Assembly: GCA_944323145.1 (NCBI GenBank)
Contig: CALURJ010000008.1
Location: 10,727 to 74,726 of the forward strand
Direction of reading: 5' to 3'
From: Candidatus Gastranaerophilales bacterium
GTDB lineage: Bacteria > Cyanobacteriota > Vampirovibrionia > Gastranaerophilales > Gastranaerophilaceae
Length of the DNA: 64,000 nt
The notes beneath the pieces were generated by a model. The model was not told where the DNA came from. It was given only the letters and a program-made list of their open reading frames with translations, and did not search any database. Of this stretch, positions 9,861 to 20,017 are shown piece after piece. Each line of letters begins with the position of its first letter. Position 1 is the first letter of the stretch. A program made the position numbers and the translations under genes.

Positions 9861-10937
9861 CTAAAATAAACTTTTTTGTTCATTTATATCAATATTTTTA
9901 TAACCTAAATGTCTGTAAGTTGCGGGAGAAACTTTTCTTCCGCGCGGAGTCCGCTGTAATAAACCCGCCTGAAGCAGGAACGGTTCGCATACATCTTCAA
10001 TTGTTCTTACATCTTCTCCAATTGCCGCAGCTATTGTTTCAATTCCTACAGGGCCGCCATCATATTTCTCTATTATAAGTTTTAAAAGGCTTCTGTCAGT
10101 ATTATCAAGTCCGAAATTGTCAATTTTTAAGATATCAAGTGATTTGTTTGCAACATCTTCCGTTATTTTCCCGTCATGTTTTACGATTGCGTAATCGGAA
10201 ACTCTTTTTACAAGCCTGTTTGCAATACGCGGAGTGCCTCTGGAACGTTTAGCAATTGCATGTGCACCTTCTTCTGTTATATCTATATTTAGAATTCCTG
10301 CTGTGCGTTTTATTACCTGTGACAGCTCGTCTTCCGTATAAAATTCAAGCCTGTGAATTATTCCGAAACGGTCGCGTAGCGGGCCTGAAAGCTCTCCTGC
10401 CTTTGTTGTGGCCCCTATCAATGTAAATTTCGGAAGCGGAATGCGCAAAGTCTTTACTGTTTGGGATTTTCCTGTTGTCATATCAAGGAAAAAATCTTCC
10501 ATTGCAGGGTATAAAATCTCTTCGGCGACTTTATTTAATCTGTGAATTTCATCAATAAACAGTATTTCTCCGCCCTTTAAAGACATTAAGATCCCGATAA
10601 TATCTCTCGGACGCTCAAGAGCAGGTGCTGAGGTTATCTTTATATCAACTCCCATCTGTTCTGCAATTACTCCTGCAAGAGTGGTTTTTCCAAGCCCCGG
10701 CGGGCCGTAGAACAGCAGGTGGTCAAGAGGTACATTGCGTTTTTTTGCCGCCGCGATTGAAATTTTTAATGTTTCTTTCAACGCTGATTGCCCGATGTAT
10801 GTATCAAAAGTTTTAGGTCTGATGCAGTTTTCAAAATTTTTGTCATTATCAAGGCATTCTGATTTAATTACCGAATGTTTTTTCTTTTCCGCAATCGTTG
10901 AACTTTTAAAATCATTGTCATCTGCAATTATACTCAT
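9861..10937 (-). CDS. ruvB: Holliday junction branch migration helicase RuvB
   Basis: 358 aa. Walker [20 protein letters not shown], and the RuvB C-terminal winged helix ([10 protein letters not shown]). Confidence 0.95.
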   Translation of the reverse strand: MSIIADDNDFKSSTIAEKKKHSVIKSECLDNDKNFENCIRPKTFDTYIGQSALKETLKISIAAAKKRNVPLDHLLFYGPPGLGKTTLAGVIAEQMGVDIKITSAPALERPRDIIGILMSLKGGEILFIDEIHRLNKVAEEILYPAMEDFFLDMTTGKSQTVKTLRIPLPKFTLIGATTKAGELSGPLRDRFGIIHRLEFYTEDELSQVIKRTAGILNIDITEEGAHAIAKRSRGTPRIANRLVKRVSDYAIVKHDGKITEDVANKSLDILKIDNFGLDNTDRSLLKLIIEKYDGGPVGIETIAAAIGEDVRTIEDVCEPFLLQAGLLQRTPRGRKVSPATYRHLGYKNIDINEQKSLF

Positions 10938-11005
10938 TGTCTTTCCTTTATATTTATGATAGCATAAAATTAAAGGTTAGGAAAGAATATTAAGAAGGAG
11001 AAGTT

Positions 11006-12175
11006 ATGAAAGTATCAGAACGTTTAGAAAAAATCCCACCTTATCTTTTTGCTGAAATTGACAGAAAGATTGCTGAGGCAAAAGCAAAAGGTCTGGATAT
11101 TATAAGCTTGGGTATCGGTGATCCTGACAAACCTACTCTTCAGCCGATTGTTGATGAAATGCATAAAGCGATTGATAATCCGAAAAATCATGATTACCCG
11201 CCTTATAACGGTACTGAAAAATTCAGAAAAGCGGCATGCAATTGGATGAAAAAACGTTTTGATGTTGAACTTAATCCTGATACGGAAATGCTTGCTAATA
11301 TTGGCTCTAAAGAGGCTATCGCCCATGTTTTCTTTGCATTTGTTGATAAAGGAGATTATACGCTTGTGCCTGATCCTGGGTATCCAGTTTATCATAATGC
11401 AACAATATTTGCGGGCGGAACACCATACGAAATGCCTTTGTTAGAAGAAAACGGTTACTTACCTGACTTTGATAAAATTCCTGAAGATATTGCAAAAAAA
11501 TCTAAAATTATGTTTTTGAACTATCCGAATAATCCGACAGGTGCTGTAGCCGATTTGGATTTCTTCAAAAAAGCAGTTGATTTCTGTAAAAAATACGATA
11601 TCCTGCTTTGTTCTGATATGGCATACTCAGAGATGACTTATGATGGATATAAAGCTCCTTCCGTTTTGCAGGTTGAAGGTGCAAAAGATGTTGCGCTGGA
11701 ATTCTATTCTCACTCAAAATCTTATAATATGACCGGATGGAGAGTCGGTTTTGTCTGCGGTAATGCTCAGGCTGTTAAAGCTCTTGGAACAATTAAAAAC
11801 AATATTGATTCCGGCACCTTTAAGGCCATTCAGGATGCTGCTGCTGCTGCATTTGATGTTGATCCGAAATATATAAATGATTTAAACAAAATGTATCAGC
11901 AAAGACGCGATGCGGCAGAAGAAGGTTTTAGAGAACTCGGATGGGATATTAAACCTTCTAAAGCTACATTTTACCTGTGGCTCCCTGTCCCGAAAGGAAT
12001 GACATCGGAAGAATTCGTGACAGTTATGCTTGAAAAGGCAAATGTAGTTGTTCCTCCCGGAAACGGCTACGGGAAATACGGCGAAGGTTATTTCCGTGTA
12101 GCATTAACAAAAGATGTTGATACAATAAAAGAATGCATCAGGAGAATGAAAAAAGCAGGAATAAGATATAATTAA
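11006..12175 (+). CDS. dapL: LL-diaminopimelate aminotransferase-type class I aminotransferase
   Basis: 389 aa. N-terminus ERLEKIPPYLFAEIDRKIAEAKAKG...ISLGIGDPD is typical of DapL. PLP lysine context YSHSKSYNMTGWR. Confidence 0.8.
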   Translation: MKVSERLEKIPPYLFAEIDRKIAEAKAKGLDIISLGIGDPDKPTLQPIVDEMHKAIDNPKNHDYPPYNGTEKFRKAACNWMKKRFDVELNPDTEMLANIGSKEAIAHVFFAFVDKGDYTLVPDPGYPVYHNATIFAGGTPYEMPLLEENGYLPDFDKIPEDIAKKSKIMFLNYPNNPTGAVADLDFFKKAVDFCKKYDILLCSDMAYSEMTYDGYKAPSVLQVEGAKDVALEFYSHSKSYNMTGWRVGFVCGNAQAVKALGTIKNNIDSGTFKAIQDAAAAAFDVDPKYINDLNKMYQQRRDAAEEGFRELGWDIKPSKATFYLWLPVPKGMTSEEFVTVMLEKANVVVPPGNGYGKYGEGYFRVALTKDVDTIKECIRRMKKAGIRYN

Positions 12176-12216
12176 TATTCCTTGTACTAAATCCTGTGTA
12201 GTGGTATAATTTTCTT

Positions 12217-15200
12217 ATGGAATGTCCAAAATGCGGTTTACAAATTGATGATAATGCAATGGTTTGCCCTAATTGTAAAAAGGTGCTTAAACTAGTATGC
12301 CCTGTTTGCAGAACTGTAAACGATACAAATACCTGTAAAAAATGCGGATATGTTATTATCACAAAATGTCATAACTGCGGAAAAGTTAATCAAACCGGAA
12401 GTAAAAAATGTAAAAAATGCGGTTTTGATACGGAAAAAAGCGTAATCCTAAATGAAGCAAATTCCGATGAATTTGTTATTATGACAATTGATTTCCCTAA
12501 TATTGATGATATGAAAAATCTTTTGGGGTCGGTTAAGCTTCTCAATAAATTCAAAATAAACCTTGATAAAATTATTTATAATTATACAAAATCCATAGGT
12601 GTAAGACGTCAAATTATCGGGAAAACCCATGTTATAAGATTTGACAGGGATTATACATTTAATTCTTCGGCACAAACCGCGGTGAAATCAGCTATCGATA
12701 TCTTAAACCAAATTACGGCAATGAACTGCAAACTGACTAAAAAGAAAAATGCCACCGTCAGATGTAATATGTTTTTGATGAAAAGAACTGTTGATGATGA
12801 CCCGAATAATTTGGATTCCGGCTTTAATATCAGTTTGTTAAATCAATCAGGGAATAAAAAAGAAGAAAAAATTCTGAATACTTTTCAGGTTTTGACAGAT
12901 GATGATGTCTGTAACGCTCTTGATGGCGAATACAGATTATCTCCGTTGAATTCCGTTATGATTAATGATGAAATGGTAATGTTTTATGAGCTTGATTTAA
13001 AAGAGTTTGTAAAAGTTGAGTATCCGGAAGAAGAGAGTGATGAAATTAAAATTCCGAATTTTGTCCAGAATATGCTTATAGAACAGGACAAATTAGACGG
13101 TGAGGCTTTAAATAATCTGGATTCCACAGGAGACCCCGATGCCATTTACGATATTGAAACAATTAATTTTGACGAGATAAACGCGGAATTTATGCGCACT
13201 GAAAATGTTGATGTTTTATTTCATATTTTGAATAAATTTCAGGCAATTCATAAGGGTATCATGGCAATAAAGACGGATAAGCTTTATAAACCTTATACTT
13301 TGAGGGTTTTGAATACTCTTTCGGATACGGGACAGTTTAATAATATTATTACAATTACCTGTTATGACGAGATGAAATATTCTCCTTATTCTTTCTTCAG
13401 GGATCTTGTTTCTGCAATATTTGAATATACAGTGTCGCAAAAATTATTTTCACAAAATGATTTTTCAATGTTTAATTCTGTTGACCCTGACGGTTTAATA
13501 AAAGATTTAATCACTTTGAACAAACGTGAAACAGAGAACACCGAGGATACCAGATTTATATATTTTGATATTTTCCTGACTCTGTTGCAAATTATTCCTA
13601 AAACGGTAATTTATATTGAAGATTTTGACAAAATTGACTCAAGTTCTTATGATGTTCTCAAATTTATATTTGAATCTTTTGAACAGCTTGATATAAGTTT
13701 CCTTGTTACATACAGCAAATCTTTCTCTCTTCACAGGGATTGCCATTTCTTGCTTACAAAGCCTTATTATACTGAGATTATGCTCAAACCTACTTCTTTT
13801 GAAAAATTGATTGAGGATAATAAAGTATATTATCGTAATGTTCTTGATAATTTTTATTTTCAGAGGGTTGCAAAATATTCCTGCGGAAGTATGCTGTTTA
13901 TAGATTTTGCAATTCAGTACTTGATAGAATCCGGTGTTTTTGCGGTTGATGAAGACTGCATTACAATGATTAATCCGAAAACTATTATTATTCCGTCGAA
14001 TCTCGACAGACTTATTGCCAGAAGACTGAATCTTTTGCAGGATGAAGCAGATGTAATGAAATTTTTAACCTCAATAGTGCTTCTGGGAACACGTATTGAT
14101 ATGAATACTGTTGCAAGCCTCGGGTATGAAAATCAGTCTGAAATTATAGAAAAACTTTCCAATATGGGTTATGTTTTTGAATATAATAATTGCTTATATT
14201 TCCCGAATTATAATCTTTTAAGAGATAATTTATTGACTACCGTAAGCAAAATTTATCTGGAAGATGTTGCCAGAGAGCTTTTTGATAAAGTTTTTATCGA
14301 AGGAATGCCAAGTCCTGTAAAGGCATATTTATACGGCTTGCTTCAGGATACTGAAAATGAACGGAAACAGTGGGAAGAGCTTGCTCAAATTAATCTGGCA
14401 CTGGGCGATTTTAGTTCTTATTTAAACTGTACGAATAAGATTTTACAACTGCTTGACTTAAATCAGGAACCGGAACAGCAGGAAGCGCTGCAGGAATATA
14501 AACTCAATTTATACGAGGAGATTTCTAATAATCTGTACGAATATGTTCCGGAAAAAACTTCTGAAATTGCAGAGGAAACCTTAAAGAATTTAGAAAAAAC
14601 AAAAGATGTAGAAAAAATAATATTTCTCTGCAATAAAATGATTAACGGGGCATTGAATACCGGAGATTATAATCACGCGCTTGAGCTTACGCATAAAGTT
14701 TTGTCCCTGCTTCCTGTATCATCTTTAGATCCTTCGGCTCTGAATTTTAATACATATTTTTTCCTTATGTCATTAATTCATATTCAAATTTTATTCAATG
14801 TCGGAGCGTTAATGGATTCGCTTGATGTCGGTTATAAAGTTTTGAATATAATCAACAGAGATTCTGTAAAAGTATTGAAACCTGAATATTTTACGGAAGA
14901 AGATTTTAATTCATTAATTATTGATTCTGTAGGGTATGTTGCTCTTGGGAATGTTTTGATATTATCCGGAAATGTTGCGCAGTTTTTGGATATTGTTAAT
15001 GCTGATCTGGACTTTATTCCGAAATCTTATATCTTATTTGTTGCTCTTGAAGATTTAATTCATGGAAGGCCTATTTCGGTCACGATTCCGGAAGTTGCAG
15101 AAAATGACAGGTTTGGCAATGTAATTGTTAATATAATTAATGCATTTGTAAATTTAGATGGCGATTACAAAAATTTTGCCGAACATATTTATAAAGCTAA

Positions 15201-15717
15201 AATTGCCGCTAAAATAGGACGTATTCATCAACTTGAGCTGTTCTGCGATTTGTTAATCGGTTACGCATATCTGCAGCTGGATTCGTATAAAAAGGCTGAT
15301 TCTATTATTTATAAGATTATTAAGGCAACAAATAATAACGGAATGACAACTCTTTTATATGTTGCCTGGTATGTTATGAGTGAATTGCATTTAAAACAGA
15401 ATAAATATGAGGTTGCATACGGAATTATTAACAATTCACTTATTCAGCTTGAAAAAAATAACGTAACCAGCGAATATCTTTTAATGTTGTTTAAATATAA
15501 CATGTACAAAGTAATGATGTTTAAAGGCCAAAAGGAGAAGGCCGAAATTTGTATGGCGCATGCACAATATATTGCGGCTAAATACGGTATAAATTTTAAT
15601 TTTGATACAGATCCGGCGCATTATATTGCGGTAGAAGAGGATGAGGCAGAAACAGCCGGAACATTTAATGAAAATACGGTATTTATTTCCGAAAATTCAT
15701 CAAAAGAAGGAGAGTAA
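12217..15717 (+). CDS. Large multi-zinc-ribbon / degenerate cyclase-like / TPR-like repeat protein
   Basis: 1166 aa. N-terminus has six CxxC pairs (CPKCG, CPNC, CPVC, CKKCG, CHNCG, CKKCG). This is followed by a region resembling a class III nucleotidyl-cyclase fold (VIMTIDFPNIDDM...), then a long helical repeat region. Confidence 0.5.
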   Translation: MECPKCGLQIDDNAMVCPNCKKVLKLVCPVCRTVNDTNTCKKCGYVIITKCHNCGKVNQTGSKKCKKCGFDTEKSVILNEANSDEFVIMTIDFPNIDDMKNLLGSVKLLNKFKINLDKIIYNYTKSIGVRRQIIGKTHVIRFDRDYTFNSSAQTAVKSAIDILNQITAMNCKLTKKKNATVRCNMFLMKRTVDDDPNNLDSGFNISLLNQSGNKKEEKILNTFQVLTDDDVCNALDGEYRLSPLNSVMINDEMVMFYELDLKEFVKVEYPEEESDEIKIPNFVQNMLIEQDKLDGEALNNLDSTGDPDAIYDIETINFDEINAEFMRTENVDVLFHILNKFQAIHKGIMAIKTDKLYKPYTLRVLNTLSDTGQFNNIITITCYDEMKYSPYSFFRDLVSAIFEYTVSQKLFSQNDFSMFNSVDPDGLIKDLITLNKRETENTEDTRFIYFDIFLTLLQIIPKTVIYIEDFDKIDSSSYDVLKFIFESFEQLDISFLVTYSKSFSLHRDCHFLLTKPYYTEIMLKPTSFEKLIEDNKVYYRNVLDNFYFQRVAKYSCGSMLFIDFAIQYLIESGVFAVDEDCITMINPKTIIIPSNLDRLIARRLNLLQDEADVMKFLTSIVLLGTRIDMNTVASLGYENQSEIIEKLSNMGYVFEYNNCLYFPNYNLLRDNLLTTVSKIYLEDVARELFDKVFIEGMPSPVKAYLYGLLQDTENERKQWEELAQINLALGDFSSYLNCTNKILQLLDLNQEPEQQEALQEYKLNLYEEISNNLYEYVPEKTSEIAEETLKNLEKTKDVEKIIFLCNKMINGALNTGDYNHALELTHKVLSLLPVSSLDPSALNFNTYFFLMSLIHIQILFNVGALMDSLDVGYKVLNIINRDSVKVLKPEYFTEEDFNSLIIDSVGYVALGNVLILSGNVAQFLDIVNADLDFIPKSYILFVALEDLIHGRPISVTIPEVAENDRFGNVIVNIINAFVNLDGDYKNFAEHIYKAKIAAKIGRIHQLELFCDLLIGYAYLQLDSYKKADSIIYKIIKATNNNGMTTLLYVAWYVMSELHLKQNKYEVAYGIINNSLIQLEKNNVTSEYLLMLFKYNMYKVMMFKGQKEKAEICMAHAQYIAAKYGINFNFDTDPAHYIAVEEDEAETAGTFNENTVFISENSSKEGE

Positions 15718-15720
15718 AGA

Positions 15721-17166
15721 ATGAAAATATTATTTGCAGTAGCAGAAGTAGCCCCTTTTTCAAAAGCAGGCGGGCTTGCGGATGTAGTTGGCAGTTTGCC
15801 GAAATATATTGAAAAAGATGCTGAAATCGCTATTTTCACACCTTTACACGGGCTTATTGATGTTAATAAATGGGGAATTAAAGAGCTTGAAAATTCAGAA
15901 ATGTGGCTGACATTCGACAGAATGGGGCATAAATTCCGTTTGTTTATGTGCAAACTTCCCGGAACAAATATTAATGTATTTTTTGTGCATAATGACTGGT
16001 ATTTTACCTGCTTTAAGGAAGTTTATCCCAAATGGCTTGACCCGAAATATGAGCATGAAAGATATATTGCATTTAGTCTTGCAACTCTGGAATATGCCAA
16101 ACTTCTTAACTTTAAAGCTGATGTTATTCATGCAAATGATTGGCATACTGCAATGATACCTGTATATCTGCACAGCAACTACAGATATGACGATTTTTGG
16201 AAAAATACAAAAACTGTTTTTGAAATTCATAATCTTGCATATCAGGGAGTCTGGTTTGAGGATGTTCTGGATTTTGCGAATATGCGCAAAGATATTGTAT
16301 ATAACGAATGGGGAGTAGAACATTACGGGAAAGTTAACTGGATGAAGGGTGCAATTAATTATTCCGACAAAGTTGTTGCGGTATCTCCGACTTATGCAAA
16401 AGAAATTCTGACAGGAGAGTACGGAGAAGGGATGGATTATACTCTGCGTATGAACCAGGGAAAACTTCTCGGAATTTTAAACGGTATTGATTATGATGTG
16501 TTTAACCCTAAAACAGATAAAAATATTGTAAAAAAATATGATGTTAAAACTTTGAAAAATAAAGAAGAAAATAAAAAGCATTTGTGTGAAGAATTCGGAT
16601 TGGAGTATAAACCTGAACGCCCGATTTATGCAATGGTTTCCCGTCTTGTCGGACAGAAAGGAATTGATCTTATAAGAGCGTGTGAAAACGAATTGAAGGG
16701 GCTGAATGCTGATTTTATATTTCTTGGCAGCGGTGAGAAGGATTATGAAAATCTTCTTATCTGGCTTTCCAATAACACTTCAAATATTCGTGCATATATA
16801 GGCTATAAGTCGGATTTAGCAAATCGTATTTATGCCGGCAGCGATTTTTATTTAATGCCTTCTAAATTTGAGCCCTGCGGGTTAAGCCAGTTAATAGCGA
16901 TGAGATACGGGACTTTACCTGTTGTAAGAGCAACCGGAGGGCTTGAAGATACTGTAACCGGTTATCCCTTGAATGATTCTACAGGCTTTAAATTCTGGGG
17001 TTATTCAGGTTGGGATATGATGCAGGCAATTTATTGCTCCTTAGGAGTTTATCAGGATAAGTATACTTTAAATGCTATGCGAAAATCCGCAATGGAATCC
17101 GACTTTTCATGGCGTAGAAGTTCTGCTGTATACTTGAATATGTACAGGGAACTGGTACAAAAATAG
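15721..17166 (+). CDS. glgA: Glycogen synthase (ADP-glucose type)
   Basis: 481 aa. N-terminal MKILFAVAEVAPFSKAGGLADVVGSLPK, plus C-terminal GT1 motifs (MPSKFEPCGLSQL, GGLEDTV). Confidence 0.95.
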   Translation: MKILFAVAEVAPFSKAGGLADVVGSLPKYIEKDAEIAIFTPLHGLIDVNKWGIKELENSEMWLTFDRMGHKFRLFMCKLPGTNINVFFVHNDWYFTCFKEVYPKWLDPKYEHERYIAFSLATLEYAKLLNFKADVIHANDWHTAMIPVYLHSNYRYDDFWKNTKTVFEIHNLAYQGVWFEDVLDFANMRKDIVYNEWGVEHYGKVNWMKGAINYSDKVVAVSPTYAKEILTGEYGEGMDYTLRMNQGKLLGILNGIDYDVFNPKTDKNIVKKYDVKTLKNKEENKKHLCEEFGLEYKPERPIYAMVSRLVGQKGIDLIRACENELKGLNADFIFLGSGEKDYENLLIWLSNNTSNIRAYIGYKSDLANRIYAGSDFYLMPSKFEPCGLSQLIAMRYGTLPVVRATGGLEDTVTGYPLNDSTGFKFWGYSGWDMMQAIYCSLGVYQDKYTLNAMRKSAMESDFSWRRSSAVYLNMYRELVQK

Positions 17167-17208
17167 GATAATTTGCCATAAACATAATATTATGGGAATA
17201 ATATTAGT

Positions 17209-18102
17209 ATGGCAGATAATTTAAGAAATGAATACATAAAATTGCACATTTCCGTAATCCTTGCGGGATTAACGGGTATTTTAGGCAAACTTATTACAAT
17301 GGATGCTGTTTATATTGTGTGGTACAGAATGCTTTTTGCCTTTATTCTATTTTATGTTATTTTGCTGCTTTTAAAAAAAGTCCCTAAAGAAAAATTTTGT
17401 GAAATATTAAAAATAAGCGGACTCGGTATGCTTCTGGGACTTCATTTTATATTCTTTTTTGCGAGCATAAAGTTTGCAAATGTTGCGGTAGGTGTTGTTT
17501 GTTATTCTCTTGAAGGATTTTTTACTGCGATATTTGAGCCTCTAATATATAAAAAAACTGCCTCGTTAAGCAATCTTTTGTGCAGTCTCATTGCGGTAGG
17601 AGGTATAAGCCTTATTTTCCATATTGATACTCAGTTTAGAGTTGGGATATTGCTTGGAATTGTTTCTGCGGCATTGATTGCTCTTTATACTGTCCTAAAT
17701 AAAGTTGTAGTAACAGAGAAAAGTTCAAAGACAATGCTTTTTTATGAATTGGCAGGCGGAACATTTTTGCTTTCGATTGCTATTTTAGGGGGAATTTTGT
17801 CAGGCTTTATGAATTTTGAAATTCCGTCTTTAATGAATTTTTCTTATCTTTTTATCTTGGCTTTTTTCTGTACGATTGGACTTTATATTCTGCAAATACA
17901 TGTTCTGCGGACTCTTTCCGCATTTACGGTAAGCCTTTACGGGAATTTTGAACCTATTTACGGGATATTGCTGGCTATAATATTTTTGGGAGAAGGTCAT
18001 CAATTGAGTATCTCTTTTTATATCGGAATGTTGTTAATTCTTTTATCCGTGTTTTTACAATCGATTGTTTCAAACCACAAATATGTTGAAAAAAATTGTT
18101 AG
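17209..18102 (+). CDS. DMT/EamA-family transporter
   Basis: 297 aa, about 10 predicted TM helices in a two-halves arrangement typical of EamA. Confidence 0.65.
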   Translation: MADNLRNEYIKLHISVILAGLTGILGKLITMDAVYIVWYRMLFAFILFYVILLLLKKVPKEKFCEILKISGLGMLLGLHFIFFFASIKFANVAVGVVCYSLEGFFTAIFEPLIYKKTASLSNLLCSLIAVGGISLIFHIDTQFRVGILLGIVSAALIALYTVLNKVVVTEKSSKTMLFYELAGGTFLLSIAILGGILSGFMNFEIPSLMNFSYLFILAFFCTIGLYILQIHVLRTLSAFTVSLYGNFEPIYGILLAIIFLGEGHQLSISFYIGMLLILLSVFLQSIVSNHKYVEKNC

Positions 18103-18118
18103 TAAAATTTTTAAACTT

Positions 18119-19501
18119 TTATCCGAGGTATTTTTGAACAGCTTCTTTTGAAAATACTTCAATACTGTCTTGGGAGTGAATAAATATCATACAGCTAATC
18201 AGGGATTTGAGGGTTTCAAAATCCGAGAAGGATAATTTGTATCTTAAATCATCCATGTTATTTGCCAAAAATTCCATTACAATTGTTTTGTTTTCAAAAA
18301 CAAGACTTGAAAAATAATCAAATGAATCTTTTGTTTTTATCCCTTCTAAATATATAATATCCGGAGATTGGAATTCAATAAATCTTGATGCTTTGTCCAT
18401 ATTAAATCCGACATTTTCATTGAGTTCACACTGATGAACATTTTTGAGATTGTATTTTGCAATACTTTCTAAAGTCATAATATTTTTATTCATTCCGGAA
18501 GCTTCAATGAGGAGTGAATAAATTATATGGGTTTTTCCGCTCAAAGGAGAACCACATACAATAATTATTCCCGGAATATTAAGAGCCGACTTAATCAGCT
18601 TTAATGATTTTTCAGATTTAATTATTTGATTTAACGGTTTTGGCGGTTTATAAATTTTCAGAAAAATTCTCTCGCCCATAATTGTCGGGAAGGTTGATAT
18701 GCTCGCTACAACATTTATGTTATTAACTTTAAAAGTAAGTTTTCCAAGCTGCGGAACCTCGCTTACTGAGGCATCAAGTTCTGCCAGTGTTTTTAATTTA
18801 GCGGTAAATGATGAACTTAAGACCTGAGGGATACTTCCTCTATTCAAAAATTCTCCGTTTTTCTTAAAGTTTACGCCGAATCCGTCTTCTCCGCTCTGGA
18901 AAGTAACTTCGTGCACCCCTTCAAGAATTGCCTGTTTTAAGATTGATGTAATAATTTTTTGAATATGATTATCAGATAGGTCTTCACTGTGAAGTTCATC
19001 GCGCCAATCATATTCAACCCCATCTTCCGTGAGTATTTCTCCGATAGCAGAATCTTGTTTATAGTATTCATCAATTTTTTTTAGAATACTGCTTTCTGAT
19101 GATACAACAGGCTCAATAGAACATTCCGCGGTTTCTATAATTTTATCTATTGCAAATAGATCAAGAGGATCCGCCATTGCAACCGTCAGAGTATCTTCTA
19201 TTTTAAAAAGCGGAATTATACGGTATTTTTTCGCATCAGAGTAATTTATAAATTTTATACATTTAGGGTCAAGTGTGTAATCTTCCAAATTTACATAGGG
19301 AATATGAAGCTTTGCTTCCAGAAATTTCAGAATTGTCTCTTCAGATATAACTCCTGAGTTTATGAGCGCTTGTCCTATGTTAATATTTTGAGCATTAGCA
19401 ACTTCTTCAGCCTGTTCAATTGTTTCATAAGGAACAAGACCTGCTCTGACCATATCATATTTCAATTTTTCGAGAGTTTTGTTTGTTACTGTTGTTTCCA
19501 T
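18119..19501 (-). CDS. GspE/PilB-family ATPase-like protein with T2SSE_N/MshEN-like N-domain (degenerate C-terminus)
   Basis: 460 aa. N-domain NIGQALINSGVISEETILKFLEAKLHIPYVNLEDY. Walker A CGSPLSGKT. Walker-B-like SPDIIYLEGIKTKD. The His-box region is not recognisable. Confidence 0.65.
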   Translation of the reverse strand: METTVTNKTLEKLKYDMVRAGLVPYETIEQAEEVANAQNINIGQALINSGVISEETILKFLEAKLHIPYVNLEDYTLDPKCIKFINYSDAKKYRIIPLFKIEDTLTVAMADPLDLFAIDKIIETAECSIEPVVSSESSILKKIDEYYKQDSAIGEILTEDGVEYDWRDELHSEDLSDNHIQKIITSILKQAILEGVHEVTFQSGEDGFGVNFKKNGEFLNRGSIPQVLSSSFTAKLKTLAELDASVSEVPQLGKLTFKVNNINVVASISTFPTIMGERIFLKIYKPPKPLNQIIKSEKSLKLIKSALNIPGIIIVCGSPLSGKTHIIYSLLIEASGMNKNIMTLESIAKYNLKNVHQCELNENVGFNMDKASRFIEFQSPDIIYLEGIKTKDSFDYFSSLVFENKTIVMEFLANNMDDLRYKLSFSDFETLKSLISCMIFIHSQDSIEVFSKEAVQKYLG

Positions 19502-19502
19502 A

Positions 19503-19865
19503 TTATTTTAAATATTGTTCTACTTTCTTTACAACTTCATCAAGTTCAAATGGTTTTGTAATATATTCGTCAGCTCCTGTTTCTTCTCCTATGAGTTTAT
19601 CTTCTTCTTGAGAACGTGCAGTAACCATTAAAATAGGAATATTTTTGTATTTTGCATCATATTTTAGTAATCTGCTTATTTTATATCCGTTAATTTTCGG
19701 CATCATAACATCAAGAATTATCAAATCAGGGATAATTTCTTTAGCAAGTCTGAGCCCGTCCTCTCCGTTATAAGCGCAATAACAGGTAAAATCAGCTGCT
19801 TCAAGTACAAATTTAAGGCTTTCTACGATATCCTGCTCATCATCAACAATTAAGATTTTTTTCAT
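19503..19865 (-). CDS. Single-domain response regulator (CheY-like receiver)
   Basis: 120 aa. ILIVDDE...DLIILDVMMPKINGY...ILMVTA...KPF receiver motifs. There is a 1-nt gap to the downstream GspE-like gene. Confidence 0.9.
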   Translation of the reverse strand: MKKILIVDDEQDIVESLKFVLEAADFTCYCAYNGEDGLRLAKEIIPDLIILDVMMPKINGYKISRLLKYDAKYKNIPILMVTARSQEEDKLIGEETGADEYITKPFELDEVVKKVEQYLK

Positions 19866-20017
19866 ACAATTCCCCTAGTCTAGAATTTATCTAAAAATAT
19901 TATAACATATTAAAAATCTTCTTCTATATTGTTAATTTTTGTAAAGAATTATCTGTTTCAAGTCAAAAATTAGTATTCAGGATTATTATTAGATGTGAAA
20001 GTGAAAGGAAGTTAATT

